Of a stretch of DNA of 62,000 nucleotides, positions 25,396 through 38,136 are shown one piece after another. Position 1 is the stretch's first letter. Every line of letters begins with the position of its first letter. Origin of the DNA: Chiloscyllium plagiosum (taxonomy: Eukaryota); contig NC_057711.1 in NCBI RefSeq assembly GCF_004010195.1, positions 76,525,817 through 76,587,816 on the forward strand, read 5' to 3'. The translations under genes and the position numbers were made by a program. The notes beneath the pieces are model-generated. The model made no database searches, was not told the origin of the DNA, and saw nothing but the letters and a program-made list of their open reading frames with translations.

Positions 25396-26174
25396 AAGGA
25401 AATTTGACTTTACCCTTGCTTTTATCAAATTTCATTTATTAATGTCCTTACTTATATTGAAATTGCTGACCTCCATTAATTCAGAAAATTTAATTTGGAT
25501 GCTTCACTTTTGGAGGATTGTGTAAGTAGTATAATGTAATTTTGGTCAGGGTACATAGCTATACTAAGATCAAGTCCTTAGTTTTATGTAACCTTTGTTT
25601 CCTCAATTTTGAGAGTTGTTCCATTCCCTGGAGGTAATATTCTTATTTTTGAGTCCTGTCTTTGGTTAAATTTCCTTCCTTATTTAATGTCTTGTACCTT
25701 TTTCTATTGGTTTCAATTCTTTTTGCAACTTTACTCATTCTAATTTATTTTTGAAGCCTTCCCATAAGTTTTGAGTCTGTTGGAATGTGCATGTCCTCTA
25801 TTAGGGAGTAGTTCATTTCTTATTTTATCCTCAGGGATATGATCACTGTTAAAAGTCGAAGTGTAAATCAGAATGTGTCCTATTAGTTCCATCAGCAGAC
25901 TGTGACCCATTACATTTTATTCTTAAATTTACAAGACCTAAGCAAATCTGTTCCCTCAACAACTCACTGTAAAAATAAGGCACAATTTCCAGACTATCAT
26001 GATTAGAAATAAATTCATGATGTTTGCAATGACGAAAGAAAAAGTTTGGATTTGACAATTATTTGATCTGTGCATTTTTTTTCTCCATGACCTTGAAATA
26101 AGATATTTTTAAATGAATAAATCTGTTTCTATGTTGTAAACAAGATCCTTATTGCCACACATCATTTGTTTTAG

Positions 26175-26392
26175 GCATTTTGCAAATGGATCAAGTGGTG
26201 TTTGTGAAAACTGTCACGCAAGCTGCAAAGAATGTTGGGGTCCAGGTGAAACGGAATGTCTAAGTTGTCAGGACAATAATTTCCTGATGAAATCAGAAAA
26301 CAAATGCTTTCCGTCATGTCCAGAACAATACTATGAAAATAAATGGGAGCAAACTTGTGAACGGTGCCACCCAACTTGTAAAACCTGTGATG
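26175..26392 (+). CDS. PCSK5: PCSK5 internal exon, Cys-rich repeats
   Basis: ttttag acceptor, gtaagt donor; HFANGSSGVCENCHASCKECWGP...QTCERCHPTCKTCD; 218 nt, phase 2-1. Confidence 0.95.
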
Positions 26393-27180
26393 GTAAGTTT
26401 AAGATTTACAATCGGAGGATTGCTGTGTACGTCAGAACTCAATCACATCACCTATGTTGGCACTTGTAGGTGTGATATAAATAAGAGTGTGCCTGTTTGT
26501 GGAAGGAAGTGGGGGCAAGCCTGTTACAGGATTGAGACTCAGGAACCTACTTGTCAGGATTGAAAACTGGAGACCAGGGATAAAGGAGATTGCCAATTGT
26601 GAGGAGGGTCAATTGTATTTGCAAAGGGGTGATGTGATAAAGCATGAATGGGAATAAGGTAATACTGACATGCACTCATCCACAATCAGGAACATCCTGA
26701 CTTAGTGATAGGCAGCATATGACCATACCTGGCATGGTTGTCTCAGATGCCGGAGGCTGGGAGGGGAAAGAAGGCAGGTTCAGGCTCATGTTTATAGGTT
26801 GAGTGGGGACCTGGGGAGGTGTGAAACCGATGTGTCTCACAGAAGGGTGACCAGGAAGGGGATATTCGGGACCTCACTGACAATGAGAGCTGGAGGCAGG
26901 AAGCTACTGCCTGAAGGTCACTCCCTGTCACCATCTATTGTTCTGGAATTTGAAAGGACTCAGTGGGAAGGAAAATGGCTGAGACCATAGCCAGAGAGGA
27001 ACCGGTAAATGATGTAACCTGTGAAGGCAGATCTGCTGCAGTGAGGCCGTATAAAGATAAAGACCATTCCTCACTCAACAATTGCATGCACCTCTCCAGC
27101 AGACCCTGTAGGTGCTGAACCTGGCTCTCTCTTTCCATGGCAACCATCAATCGGTCTGTGGAAGCAGCTGGATAATCACA

Positions 27181-30100
27181 TGACAATAGACAATAGGTGC
27201 AGGATGGGCCAGTCTGCCTTTCGAGCCTGCACCACCATTCATTATGATTATGTCTGATCATCCTCAATCAGTGTCCTGTTCACGCATTATCTCCATAACC
27301 CTTGATTCCATTATCCTTGAGAGCTCTATCCAACTCTTTCTTAAATGAATCCAGAGACTGGCCTCCACTTCCTTCTGGGGCAGATCATTCCACACACCCA
27401 CCACTCTCTGGGTGAAGAAGTTTCTCCTCATCTCTGTCCTAAATGGCCTACCCCTTATTTTTAAGCTGTGTCCTCTGGTTCAGGACTCACCCATCAGCGG
27501 AAACATGTTTCCTGCCTCCAGAGTGTCCAATCCTTTAATAATCTTATATGTCTCAATCAGATCCCCTCTCAGTCTTCTAAACTCAAGGGTATACAAGCCC
27601 AGTCGTTCCAATCTTTCAACATAAGANNNNNNNNNNNNNNNNNNNNNNNNNNNNNNNNNNNNNNNNNNNNNNNNNNNNNNNNNNNNNNNNNNNNNNNNNN
27701 NNNNNNNNNNNNNNNNNNNNNNNNNNNNNNNNNNNNNNNNNNNNNNNNNNNNNNNNNNNNNNNNNNNNNNNNNNNNNNNNNNNNNNNNNNNNNNNNNNNN
27801 NNNNNNNNNNNNNNNNNNNNNNNNNNNNNNNNNNNNNNNNNNNNNNNNNNNNNNNNNNNNNNNNNNNNNNNNNNNNNNNNNNNNNNNNNNNNNNNNNNNN
27901 NNNNNNNNNNNNNNNNNNNNNNNNNNNNNNNNNNNNNNNNNNNNNNNNNNNNNNNNNNNNNNNNNNNNNNNNNNNNNNNNNNNNNNNNNNNNNNNNNNNN
28001 NNNNNNNNNNNNNNNNNNNNNNNNNNNNNNNNNNNNNNNNNNNNNNNNNNNNNNNNNNNNNNNNNNNNNNNNNNNNNNNNNNNNNNNNNNNNNNNNNNNN
28101 NNNNNNNNNNNNNNNNNNNNNNNNNNNNNNNNNNNNNNNNNNNNNNNNNNNNNNNNNNNNNNNNNNNNNNNNNNNNNNNNNNNNNNNNNNNNNNNNNNNN
28201 NNNNNNNNNNNNNNNNNNNNNNNNNNNNNNNNNNNNNNNNNNNNNNNNNNNNNNNNNNNNNNNNNNNNNNNNNNNNNNNNNNNNNNNNNNNNNNNNNNNN
28301 NNNNNNNNNNNNNNNNNNNNNNNNNNNNNNNNNNNNNNNNNNNNNNNNNNNNNNNNNNNNNNNNNNNNNNNNNNNNNNNNNNNNNNNNNNNNNNNNNNNN
28401 NNNNNNNNNNNNNNNNNNNNNNNNNNNNNNNNNNNNNNNNNNNNNNNNNNNNNNNNNNNNNNNNNNNNNNNNNNNNNNNNNNNNNNNNNNNNNNNNTTCT
28501 AGAGCCACCTCCTTCAGTACCCTGGAATGTCGACCATCAGGTCCTGGGGACTTATCAGCCTTCAGACCTAACAGTCTCTCAACACCATTTCCTGCCTAAT
28601 ATAAATTCCCTTTAGTTAAGGTCCTTCAGTCACTATTACACCAGGGAGATTGCTCGTGTCTTCCCCAGTGAAGACAGATCTAAAGTACCAATTCAACTCT
28701 TCTGCCATTTCTTTGTTCCCCGTAATAAATTCACCCGTTTTTGTCTTCAAGAGCCCAAGTTTAGTCTTAACCATTTTTTTTCTTTTCACATACCTAAAAA
28801 AGCCTTTACTATCCTCCTTTATATTTTTGGCCAGTTTACCTTCGTACCTCATTTTTTCCTTGCATATTACCTTTTTAGTTATCCTCTGTTGTTCTTTAAA
28901 AGCTTCCCAGTCCTCCGATTTCCCACTCATCTCTGCTATGTTATACTTTTTCCCTTTTGTCTTTATATCGTCTTTAACCTCCCTCGTCAGCCACCCTTGC
29001 CTCCCTTAGGATCTTTCTTCCTTTTTGGAATGAACTGATCCTGCATCTTCTGCATAATACCCAGAAATACCTGCCATTGTTGTTCCACTGCCATCCCTGC
29101 TAGGGTATTGCAACATTGAACTTTGGCCAGCTCCTCCCTCATAGTTCCCCTTATTCAAATGAAATATTATCACTTCCGATTCTACCCTCTCCCTTTCAAA
29201 CTGCAGGTTAAAGCTTATTGTATTGTGGTCACTACCTCCTAATGGCTCTTTTACTTCAAGGTCCCTGACCAAATCCGGTTTGTTGCACAATACCAGATCC
29301 AGAATTGCTTTCTCCCTGGTAGGCTCCAGCACAAGCTGTTCTAAGAATCCATCTCGGATGCACTCCACAAACTCCCTTTCTTGGGGTCCAGTACCATCCT
29401 GATTCTCCCAGTCTACCTGCATGTTGAAATCCCCCATAACAACTGTAGTAATATCTTTGCGACAGGCCAATTTCAGCTCCTTATTCAACTTACACACAAC
29501 ATCCAGGCTACTGTTTGAGGGCCTGTAGATAACTCCCATTAGGGACTTCTACCCTTAGAATTTCTCAGCTCTATCCATACTGACTCTACATCCCCTGATT
29601 CTAGCTCCCCCCGCGCAAGGGACTGAATATCATTCCTTACCAACAGGGCCACCCCACCCCCTCTGCCAGTCAGTCTGTCCTTGCGATAGCCCTGTCCACT
29701 TGAAGCCACGTCTCAGTTATCCCCACAATATCGTAGCTGCCAATTTCCAAAAGACCCTCAATCTTATCCATCTTATTTCTAATACTTTGTGCATTCATAT
29801 ATAGTATTTTTAAATTGTTAGCTGCCCTCACCCTTCCTATCACCCCTATTTCATTCAACCTTACGGCATGATCCCTTTTTGAGTTTTCTGCTTCATTGAT
29901 ACCATTGTCTTTCTTGACTTCCCTTGTTCTAACTTTCCCTTCAATTTCCTTCTTAAACTTCCAGTTTGTCCCCTCCCCCCCCGCTATTTAGTTTAAATGC
30001 AGCTGTGTTGCAGTAGCAAACCTGCCTGACAGAATGCTGGTCCCCAACCCATTAAGGTACAACCCATCTCTTTTGTATAATTTATGTTTACCACAAAACA

Positions 30101-30930
30101 TACCCCAGTGATCCAAGAATTTAAATCCTTGCTTCCTGCACCAGTTCCCCAGCCACACATTCAAGTCCATTATCTCCCTTTTCCTGGCCTCTCCAGCCCA
30201 AGGAACTGGAAGCAAACCAGAGATAACCACTCTGGACGTCCTGTTTTCAGCCTTCTTCCTAGTTCTCCGAAGTCCCGCTGTAGTATATTCCTCCTCTTCT
30301 TCCCAACATCATTTGTGCCGACATGTACCACCACCTCTGGCTCTTCACCTTCGCCCTTGAGGATTTCCTGCACTCTGTCTGCGATGTCCTTAATCCTGGC
30401 ACCAGGAAGGCAACACACCATCCTTAAATCCCGCCTGTTGCCACAGAAACCCCATTCAGTTCCTCTCATTATGGAGTCCCCTATCACCACGGCTCTGTGC
30501 GATGTCTGACTCCTCGGCTCTGCCTCCACACCAACTTTTGATTGACAGACCTGACCGCCTCATGGATTGGCAGTGTCATCTGTCTGTACTGTTTCCAAAA
30601 TATTCAACTTGTTTCTGACAGGTACTTCCCCCGCGGTCTCTTGCACCTGTCTCCTCTTTGCCTTCCTTATCGTCTTCTCTCTTCTGCTCTCTTCTGGTAT
30701 GGTTTGTGTAATAACCTCACTGAAGGTCCTGTCCAGAAAGATTTCGTTCTCTCGGATGAGCCTAAGGTCCTCGAGTTCTTTCTTCAGTGTTGCGATATGC
30801 TCTGTCAGTAGCTGAACATGCACACACTTTCCACAGATGTACGAGCCAGATACACCAGAGTCGTTGACCTCCCACATCATGCATGTAGCACACTGAACCA
30901 GCTGGGCAGTCATGTCTTCACCCTCTTCAA
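27181..30930 (-). mobile_element. Near full-length CR1 LINE (ORF1 zinc finger + SGNH esterase; ORF2 APE endonuclease + RT), frameshifted
   Basis: ORF1 VQCATCMMW..CGKC, VIGDSIMRG, VHVGTND; ORF2 LYMNAQSIRNK, GITETWL, MGDFN, LDLVL, SDH; C-terminal LERLGLYTLEFRRLRGDLIE; caataga-repeat tail at ~27184; RT core lies largely in the gap. Confidence 0.92.
27627..28496. other. Assembly gap (870 N)
   Basis: Run of N inside the CR1 element. Confidence 1.
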
Positions 30931-31307
30931 CTGTGGCGTAATCACTTCACTCAACCTCCTTGTCGAAGACTCCTGAGCTAAAGACTCTCTCTTCTCTCAA
31001 CAGGAACTTCCCTGGACTCTTTTTGGGGCAAGTCTGTGCACTTTAAAGTTAGGTTAGAGGTCATGCTTGGGTCATTTGGGTCCCCACAGTAAAGTGGCAC
31101 TCCTTGAGCCCTTGGGCACTGAGGGCCATTGTGTCCTACATGCCTATCTGCTGCTCCTCTTCCTCCGTGTGCCTGCAGACAATTCCCTACTTGTTGACAC
31201 CACTGGTCCTCTAGCATCTGGGGCTAAATTAGTGGCTCTTCTCTGGCAGTCCTCTGAGTGGCAGATGCATGGGCTATTTCTGCCCTGGTCTGCTGTGGAA
31301 TTGCTCT

Positions 31308-32762
31308 CATAGAGTCATAGAGATGTACAGCATGGAAACGACCCTTCAGTCCAACTTGTCTGTGCCAACCAGATATCCCAATCCAATCTAATCCCACCTG
31401 CCAGCACCCAGCCAATATCCCTCCAAACCCTTCCTATTCACATACCCATCCAGATGCCTTTTAAATGTTGCAATTGTACCAGCCTCCACCATTTCCTCTG
31501 GCACTTCATTCCAAAGATGTACCACCCTCTGCATGAAAAGGTTGCCCCTTAGGTCTCTTTTATATCTTTCCCCTCTCACCCTAGACCTATGCCCTCTAGT
31601 TCTGGAGTGCCTATTTACCCTATATACCCTATCCATGCCCCTCATGATTTTATAAACCTCTATAAGGTCACCCCTCAGCCTCCGATGCTCTAGGGAAAAC
31701 AGCTCTAACCTATTCAACCTCTCCCTATAGCTCAATCCTCCAACCCTGGCAACATCTTTGTAAATCTTTTCTGAACTCTATCAAGTTTCACAACATCTTT
31801 CCAATAGGAAGGAGACCAGAATTGCATGCAATATTCCAAAAGTGTCCTAATCAATGTCATGTACAGCCACAACATGACCTCCCAACTCCTGTACTCTGAC
31901 CAATAAAGGAAAACATACCAAATGCCTTCTTCACTACCTTATCTCCCAGTGACTCTACTCTCAAGGAGCTATGAACCTGCACTCCAAGGTCTCTTTGTTC
32001 AGCAAAACTTCCTAGGACATTACCATTAAGTGTATAAGTTCTGCTAAGATTTGCTTTCCTAAATGCAGTAACATTTATCTGAATTAAACTCAACCGCTAC
32101 TCCTCAGCTGATTGGCCCATCTGACCAAGATCCCATTGTACTCTGAGGTAACCTTCTTCGCTGTCCACTACACCTCCAATTTTGGTGTCATCTGTAAACT
32201 TAACTATACCTCTTAAGCTCACATCCAAATCATTTATATAAATGAAGAAAATTAGTGGACCCAGCACTGATCCTTGCGGCACTCCACTGTTCACGGCCTC
32301 CAGTCTGAAAAATAACCCTCCACTACCATCACCCTCTGTCTTCTACCTTTGAGCAAGTTCTGTATCCAAATGGCTAGTTCTCCCTGTATTCCATGAGATG
32401 TAACCTTGTTAACCAGTCTTCTATGGAGAACCTTGTCGAACGCCTTACTGAAGTCCATATAGATCATGCCCACCGCTCTGCCCTCATCAATCCTCTTTGT
32501 TACTTCTTCAAAAAACTCAATCAAGTTTTTGAGACATGATTTCCCAAGCATAAAGCTATGTTGACGATCCCTAATCAGTCCTTGCCTTTCCAAATACATA
32601 TACATCCTGTCCCTCAGATTCCTTCCAAGAACTCGCCCACCACCGACATCAGGCTCACTGGCTTATAGTTCCCTGGCTTGTCCTTACTACCCTTCTTAAA
32701 TAGTGGCACCATGTTAACCAACCTCCAGTCTTCCAGCACCTCACCTGTGACTATCGATGATA
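31308..32762 (-). mobile_element. 5'-truncated CR1 LINE (RT C-terminal half and 3' UTR)
   Basis: YMDFSKAFDKV, SGVPQGSVLGP..YINDL..FTDD, RRLRGDLIEVYK; catagagt-repeat tail. Confidence 0.92.
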
Positions 32763-32764
32763 CT

Positions 32765-33900
32765 CAAACTTTCTAAGCTTAACATTGCTACTGAGGGGTT
32801 AGTATGTGAGTTGCTAGTGGATGCCGGAGAAAGTCATGTTGATGCTTCCTCTGGTGTATCAGGGCTCTCATCCACAGAAGTTGAGTAGGTGGTTTCTGGG
32901 AGAGCAGGCTGTTTCTTTGCAAAGTTAGTGAATATCTCATTATTCTTTTGTCTCAAAGGTAAGAAGGTGTTGCAGGCAATAGTTAGAAGTGGGGTGCAAT
33001 GAATAACATTGCCTGCATGGTTGATGAGAGATCTGCAGCAGAATGTGGAATGGTACTTAGTGGGACATGGATGTCTTGTCATCCACATAGATCAGCCCTA
33101 GTCTTCTATCTGAAGAGCAAGATTTTATTCTCTAGGAGGCTGTGATGCTGAAATTGGGCATCCACCTGAGACCTTTCTGCACTCTTGTCGGCTGTCTTCT
33201 CCTGGAATGAGAGAAAAGGGAGGAACTGAGTGAGCTTTATGGGCAGTACAGTTGCTCAGTGGTTAGTACTGCTGCCTCACAGCACCAGGGGCTGGGTTCG
33301 ATTCCACCCTTGGGTATCTGTTTGTGTGGAGTTTGCACATTCTCCCTGTGTCTGCATGTGTTTCCTCTGGGTGCTCCAGTTTCCTCCCACAGTCCAAAAA
33401 TATGCAGGTTAGGTGGATTGGCCATGGGGAATTGCCCATTATGTGCAGGTGAGGTGGGTTATCCATTGGAAATCCAGAATTACAGGGATAGAAAAGGGGG
33501 GTGAGTTTGGGTGGGATGTTCTTCGGAGGGTCATTGTGGACTCAATGGGCCGAATAGCCTGTTTCCGCATTGTAGCGATTTTATGATTTCAATAGAAGTG
33601 AATGGCATGACTGTTAATGCTGGTGCAGATGGGGAAAAGTTGGTGAGGTGTTCAGAGGTAGTGAGTAGACAGTGCAGGTACCATACAAGGTTAGTGGTAT
33701 GGGAGAATTGAGGAGGAATGAGACCGAGTGATTAAAAACGGTGCATATAGTAGGAAGAGTGGTAGACCATGAAGCTTGGTGTGAGGTGCAGGTTGCATAT
33801 GAGATAACGGAAGGAAGATTGTGACATGTACTCTAACAGAGTAGTGAAGATCATTGGCCATTGTTTGGCACTGCTGGCCATTTCTCTATACTATTGAGAC
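32765..33900 (-). pseudogene. Possible relic of a Harbinger-associated Myb/SANT-like ORF (may continue at ~26700-27170)
   Basis: Minus strand RNGQQCQTMANDL (~33850-33890) resembles the Myb/SANT R..QC.K..NDL motif; second piece EKTADKSAER..LLENKILAL at ~33110-33205; 26720-26760 resembles 53130-53180. Confidence 0.4.
33240..33590 (+). mobile_element. HE1-like tRNA-derived V-SINE
   Basis: A box gttgctcagtggttag, B box gggttcgattcc, V-domain tgtgtggagtttgcacattctccc..tttcctcccacagtccaaa..gcaggttagg, CR1-type tail gggccgaatagcctgtt. Confidence 0.9.
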
Positions 33901-34554
33901 AGCTGAGATAAGTGTGAAAAAAAAATCAGTCTTTGAATTGTTAGCGAAGAGTAGATAGTTGGACTTTAAAGCTGCCTTGGTGGAGGTTTAATAGCACTGA
34001 TATTGATAGTTGAACAGCTGGTTTCACAATTCTCAGTTTTGCAGATTGGTTGAGATTCTGTAGTTCTGATTTCTTTCGAACATGGTTGGATTCCTTTTGT
34101 TATCTTGTTCCTCTTTTGCCTGGTTGCTGGCCATTCGGCGTCTAGCATTCAAAGTACCAGAAGGGCTTTTCCTGAAGCACAGGCGTTTCTAAGGGATGGT
34201 TCTTTGGCAATGACCTTTATAGCACACTAATCCTCAGCCTGATACACATGTGAATTTATAATCCCACAACTCCTCCTTAGAATTTAACTCCTGTCCTTGT
34301 ATATTTTTCGAAGGAAAAAATGAAAATAATGTGCAGTTTAGGAGTAACCTACAGAAGGTTTCTTGTTATTGAGCAGGAAGCGGTTATCACTTGGTTCTTC
34401 ATCCATTGAAGGGCTGTTGTTAGAATTTCCCTTTGCATCCAATGTCATGCATTACACTACTGTCTCCACCCCCAAACCCCTCCCCTATATAGTATATGGC
34501 AGAAGTTCCTCTGAATCCCTGAAAAAGCAAATTGAAAGATTTCTGTTTTTCCAG

Positions 34555-34655
34555 GTAAGGGACCTATTCGATGTACTTCCTGTTATTGGGGCTTCCAGAT
34601 GTACGGAAGTATCTGCAGTTCTCAGTGTTTTGCCGGAGAATACCTGCTGTCCGAG
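34555..34655 (+). CDS. PCSK5: PCSK5 internal exon
   Basis: tttttccag acceptor, gag|gtactt donor; GKGPIRCTSCYWGFQMYGSICSSQCFAGEYLLSE; 101 nt, phase 1-0; needed to keep the frame between neighbouring exons. Confidence 0.9.
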
Positions 34656-35024
34656 GTACTTAACGCAAAGTGACTTCTAATATAGCTATAACGATAAAAG
34701 AAAAAGAGAAACTTTGCATCTTGCTCTGCACTTGTCCTGAACACATTAATAGAATAGGGGCTTTGCCCTCTGTTTTAGCACAAAGCTTCAAGCATGCAGT
34801 TAAAAAGGAACTGTTAAATGGATAAGGCAGAAAATTATAGACCAATCAGCTTTATTTCAGTTATGGATAATTGTTTAGACGTCCATTTCCTGATTTTCCA
34901 CTGTAAAATACTTGCCACCTGAATGTTCTTTACTTTTTAAAGAATTCTCATATATCTGTTCCTCATTAATCACATGCCACTCACTATATTCATTAGGTTC
35001 ATGTTTCAAAATCAATTTTTAAAA

Positions 35025-35360
35025 ATTCTTGCATGAGGTGTGCTTGTCACTGGCAAAGCTGACATTCCTAACTGGCCTTGAACTTAATGATTTGTTCAGC
35101 TATTTCAGCAGCAGATAAGAGTCAACTACATTGCCTTGGATTGAGAATCATTTATAGTCCAGACCAGATAAGCACAGATGTCCTTCCCTATTTGTCAGCT
35201 GAATGGATTTTTACAATAGCTATATGGTCACCATGAAGTTTAATTCCAGACTTTTTTGAATGCAAGTTTCATCATCTGCCATGTTGGGATTCAAACCCAT
35301 GTCCCAGCCCATTCACCTTGGGCTCAGAATTACTGACATTAGCACCAGGCAACCTCTGCG
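35025..35360 (-). mobile_element. tRNA-headed SINE-sized derivative (same family as 1735-2055)
   Basis: 30-nt identity catcatctgccatgttgggattcaaaccca (35270-35299) with 11882-11911; core plus LINE-like 3' tail at ~35025-35080. Confidence 0.7.
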
Positions 35361-36052
35361 CCACCTTATAATAGCTAATGCCTACATTTGGGCCTTTATT
35401 TAAACAAAGACACATCCCACCCTCTATTACACCTGGTCAAAATGTATTTCACTCATTTCTTACAAGCCTTCTATTTAAGTGTGTTTCACTAATTGGTCTC
35501 CCATTTTCTTTCTAACCAATTTTCCATTTCATCCTAGTAAAAGGTGCTAATTGGCAATTTCATATATTTACTTTGGATTCAACTATTTACCATTTTTAAA
35601 TGTGATCCAAGTTCGATATAGTTGCATATTCACCTACTTTGAGATTGCATAGTGTCTCTAGCTCAAACAATCCATTCTTTCTGAGCAGGCAATAATTTTA
35701 CTGATGGAGAAAACAAAGCTACAGTCCATTTGAGCACAAAAATACAGTCATTATTTGCCATGTTAGGCAAGGATCAATTAACTTGCTGCTACTTAGTTAA
35801 CACTGGTTCAAACTATTTAAACTGACATTTTCATCCATCATAATTATTTGTTTCGTGATATTTTAATTATTACTTTAAAAAAAATTAGATTTTAATCTAA
35901 TCAATATTGATCCAATAATTAATCTTTCAAAATGTCTCTACCAAAATACTGAATAATACATATAGACAATCAGTTTTGCAGTTTGTTTACATTGTTATTA
36001 ATTGACATGGATTTTTTTAAAATGCCATTTTTTCCCTGACTCTAATTATTAG

Positions 36053-36236
36053 GACCCAGAAACACAGTGCGAGAAATGTCATGACACTTGTCTGGAGTGT
36101 AAAGGACCAGGACCTAATAACTGCACAGATTGTCATCTCGGTCTCTTGATAAATCTTGCTGATGGCAAGTGTTTAAACTGTTGCAAATCTGCTCTGCCGG
36201 ATGTTGAAGATTGCTGTGATTGTGACATGAGTTTTG
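36053..36236 (+). CDS. PCSK5: PCSK5 penultimate exon (last Cys-rich repeat with CC..CCDC motif)
   Basis: ttag acceptor, gtaaga donor; DPETQCEKCHDTCLECKGPGPNNC...CLNCCKS...DCCDCDMSF; 184 nt, phase 0-1. Confidence 0.94.
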
Positions 36237-37717
36237 GTAAGACTCTGAGTGTCTTTAAAACTTCATTATTTGTCAAAATCCATCTAAGGCTTCAATTGTT
36301 TATCTGTTAAAGTAGTTGACAAAGTTAAAGCTAAATAAGTTACTACTTTTTGAGCCAATTAGTATAATCGTTGAAATCAAGAACTATATAAATTTGAAAT
36401 ATTATCTTTTTAGTATTTGATTCTTTTGTGTATCCAGGAAGATTGCAAAGAGTGGTGCATGGTTTTGGCTGGGTTCCATCATTGCAGATCCTAAAAATAA
36501 TGTTGGCACGAGATTGCAGCAGAACCTTAAGTCTTGATATTAACAGAATCAGGTTATGCTCATCAGCGAGAAGGAGAAAGGTTATATGTTAATTTTGAAA
36601 CCCAAAACTTCAGATTTCTTGACATGCTGTAGAGTTTCCACAGCATGCATATTCACTTTACCACAATCTCCACTAGAAGTCAGTTTCATTGACAGGCTTG
36701 GTTTGTGGATGGCCTAGAAGCACTCCTGAGGGTGTCTGTATATGAGGGAAGGTCATATCAAAGGCAAGAGTGTCAATTTATGAAGTGACATCTGCTCACA
36801 TGAACTATCTTGAGGTGTTCAAAACTGTCCTGCTCTCCCCACTGTTATTAGGTTTACTAAGCCCTGAAAACTAGCAGCCCTGGGTCTGTAAAACCTGTTA
36901 ACCATGAGACTACAAGCTTCATTAAGATAAATAATAAATGAGCTGGTTGGGCTACCTACCTCTAATTAATCTGGATTGAGAATTTTAAAGTTTTTAACAT
37001 CTCAATCCTTACGTTTTGGTGTTTACAAGTTACAACATAGTCTCTTCAAAAATATGTCTGTTTAGAATTTGACTTCAGGTCTCTTCGTGTGACTGGGATT
37101 TTCAGGTTCTCTGCTTGTGAGGGACTATAAAAGAAAAAGGGCAATAAGAATCTTCTTTTCTTAAAAAAAATGTCAAAAAGAAATAGAAGAGACAACATGA
37201 ACTGTACAGGAAAGAAAAATGTAAATAAAAGATTATCAATCCAAAGAAGTAGGAAGATTTTCCACTCCATGAAACATTCGCTTCATAAGAAATATGTTGG
37301 TATTTAGGAGCTTACAACTTTGAGATGCAGAAATAATTCCACAAGTTATACTTATTCCTGACAGGAACCTATAAGTAATACAACTTCTCCACAAATTAGT
37401 TAAAAGACTGATTTTTGCCAAATTTTACTGCTACTGTTTGTCATCAATAAACTGGATTTCTTACAGAAGTGGAGTATTTGGTTGCAAGGATATGTTGTAA
37501 CAGCATCTATTTACATCAACATGCCAGCTGGCTTTCTTCAAAATCCTAACCATAAATCATGTTATCTTCAAATGTTAATTTTGTCACTCAATAATTTTCA
37601 AACTAGTTTTTTTTGCAGTTTGTTTTAATAAGCAAGACTTAATCAATTTGATTAATCGATTACACAATATAATATGTGGGAATTTTACACCTTGTTTTCC
37701 TTTTTTAATAATTGCAG

Positions 37718-38136
37718 ATGAATGTGTTTTAAGAAAAGCAGTTGTTGTTCCAGATGAAACAGGAGGAGGCAAACCTGCATTATTTGCTGTTGTCTCAGTG
37801 CTACTCATTATGGGTATTGGTATTGGTATCTTCCTTCTGCTAAAGACCCGTTCAAAATCAAAACCCATTAACAGAGGGAAATATGAGAAACTGCCCAATC
37901 AAGCCAAATCCATCCCCGTTTATAATGCAAGTAAGGACAGTGTTAGCTTTCGAGAGACTCAAGCAACTGAGTATAAAGATCATCAGGATGAAATGTATGA
38001 CGAAGAGGATGATGATGACATTGTCTACATGGGCCAGGATGGCACTGTTTACCGAAAATTTAAGTATGGACTGTTAGATGATGATGATGATGATGATGAA
38101 CTAGAATATGATGATGAAAGCTACTCCTTCAGATAA
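37718..38136 (+). CDS. PCSK5: PCSK5 terminal coding exon: transmembrane helix and cytosolic tail of PC5/6B
   Basis: tgcag acceptor; TM ALFAVVSVLLIMGIGIGIFLLL, YEKL motif, acidic clusters and DDDDIVYMGQDGTVYRKFKYGLLDDD..ELEYDDESYS, recognised as the PC5B C-terminus; TAA ends at 38136. Confidence 0.96.

Noticed and set aside
25141..25435. Phe/Leu/Ser-rich and Arg/Gly/Glu-rich ORFs
   Set aside because: Translations of a polypyrimidine low-complexity tract
27468..28508. Two longest ORFs in the track (344 and 342 aa)
   Set aside because: Artefacts of translating through the 870-N gap
33240..33315. tRNA-like sequence with A and B boxes (also ~43030-43105 and ~11895-11970)
   Set aside because: Heads of retroposons continuing into SINE or LINE bodies; no intact cloverleaf seen
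14460..38136. ORF-track start codons and extensions around the Cys-rich ORFs as separate small genes
   Set aside because: They are intronic read-through around PCSK5 exons; splice sites and phases join them into one CDS
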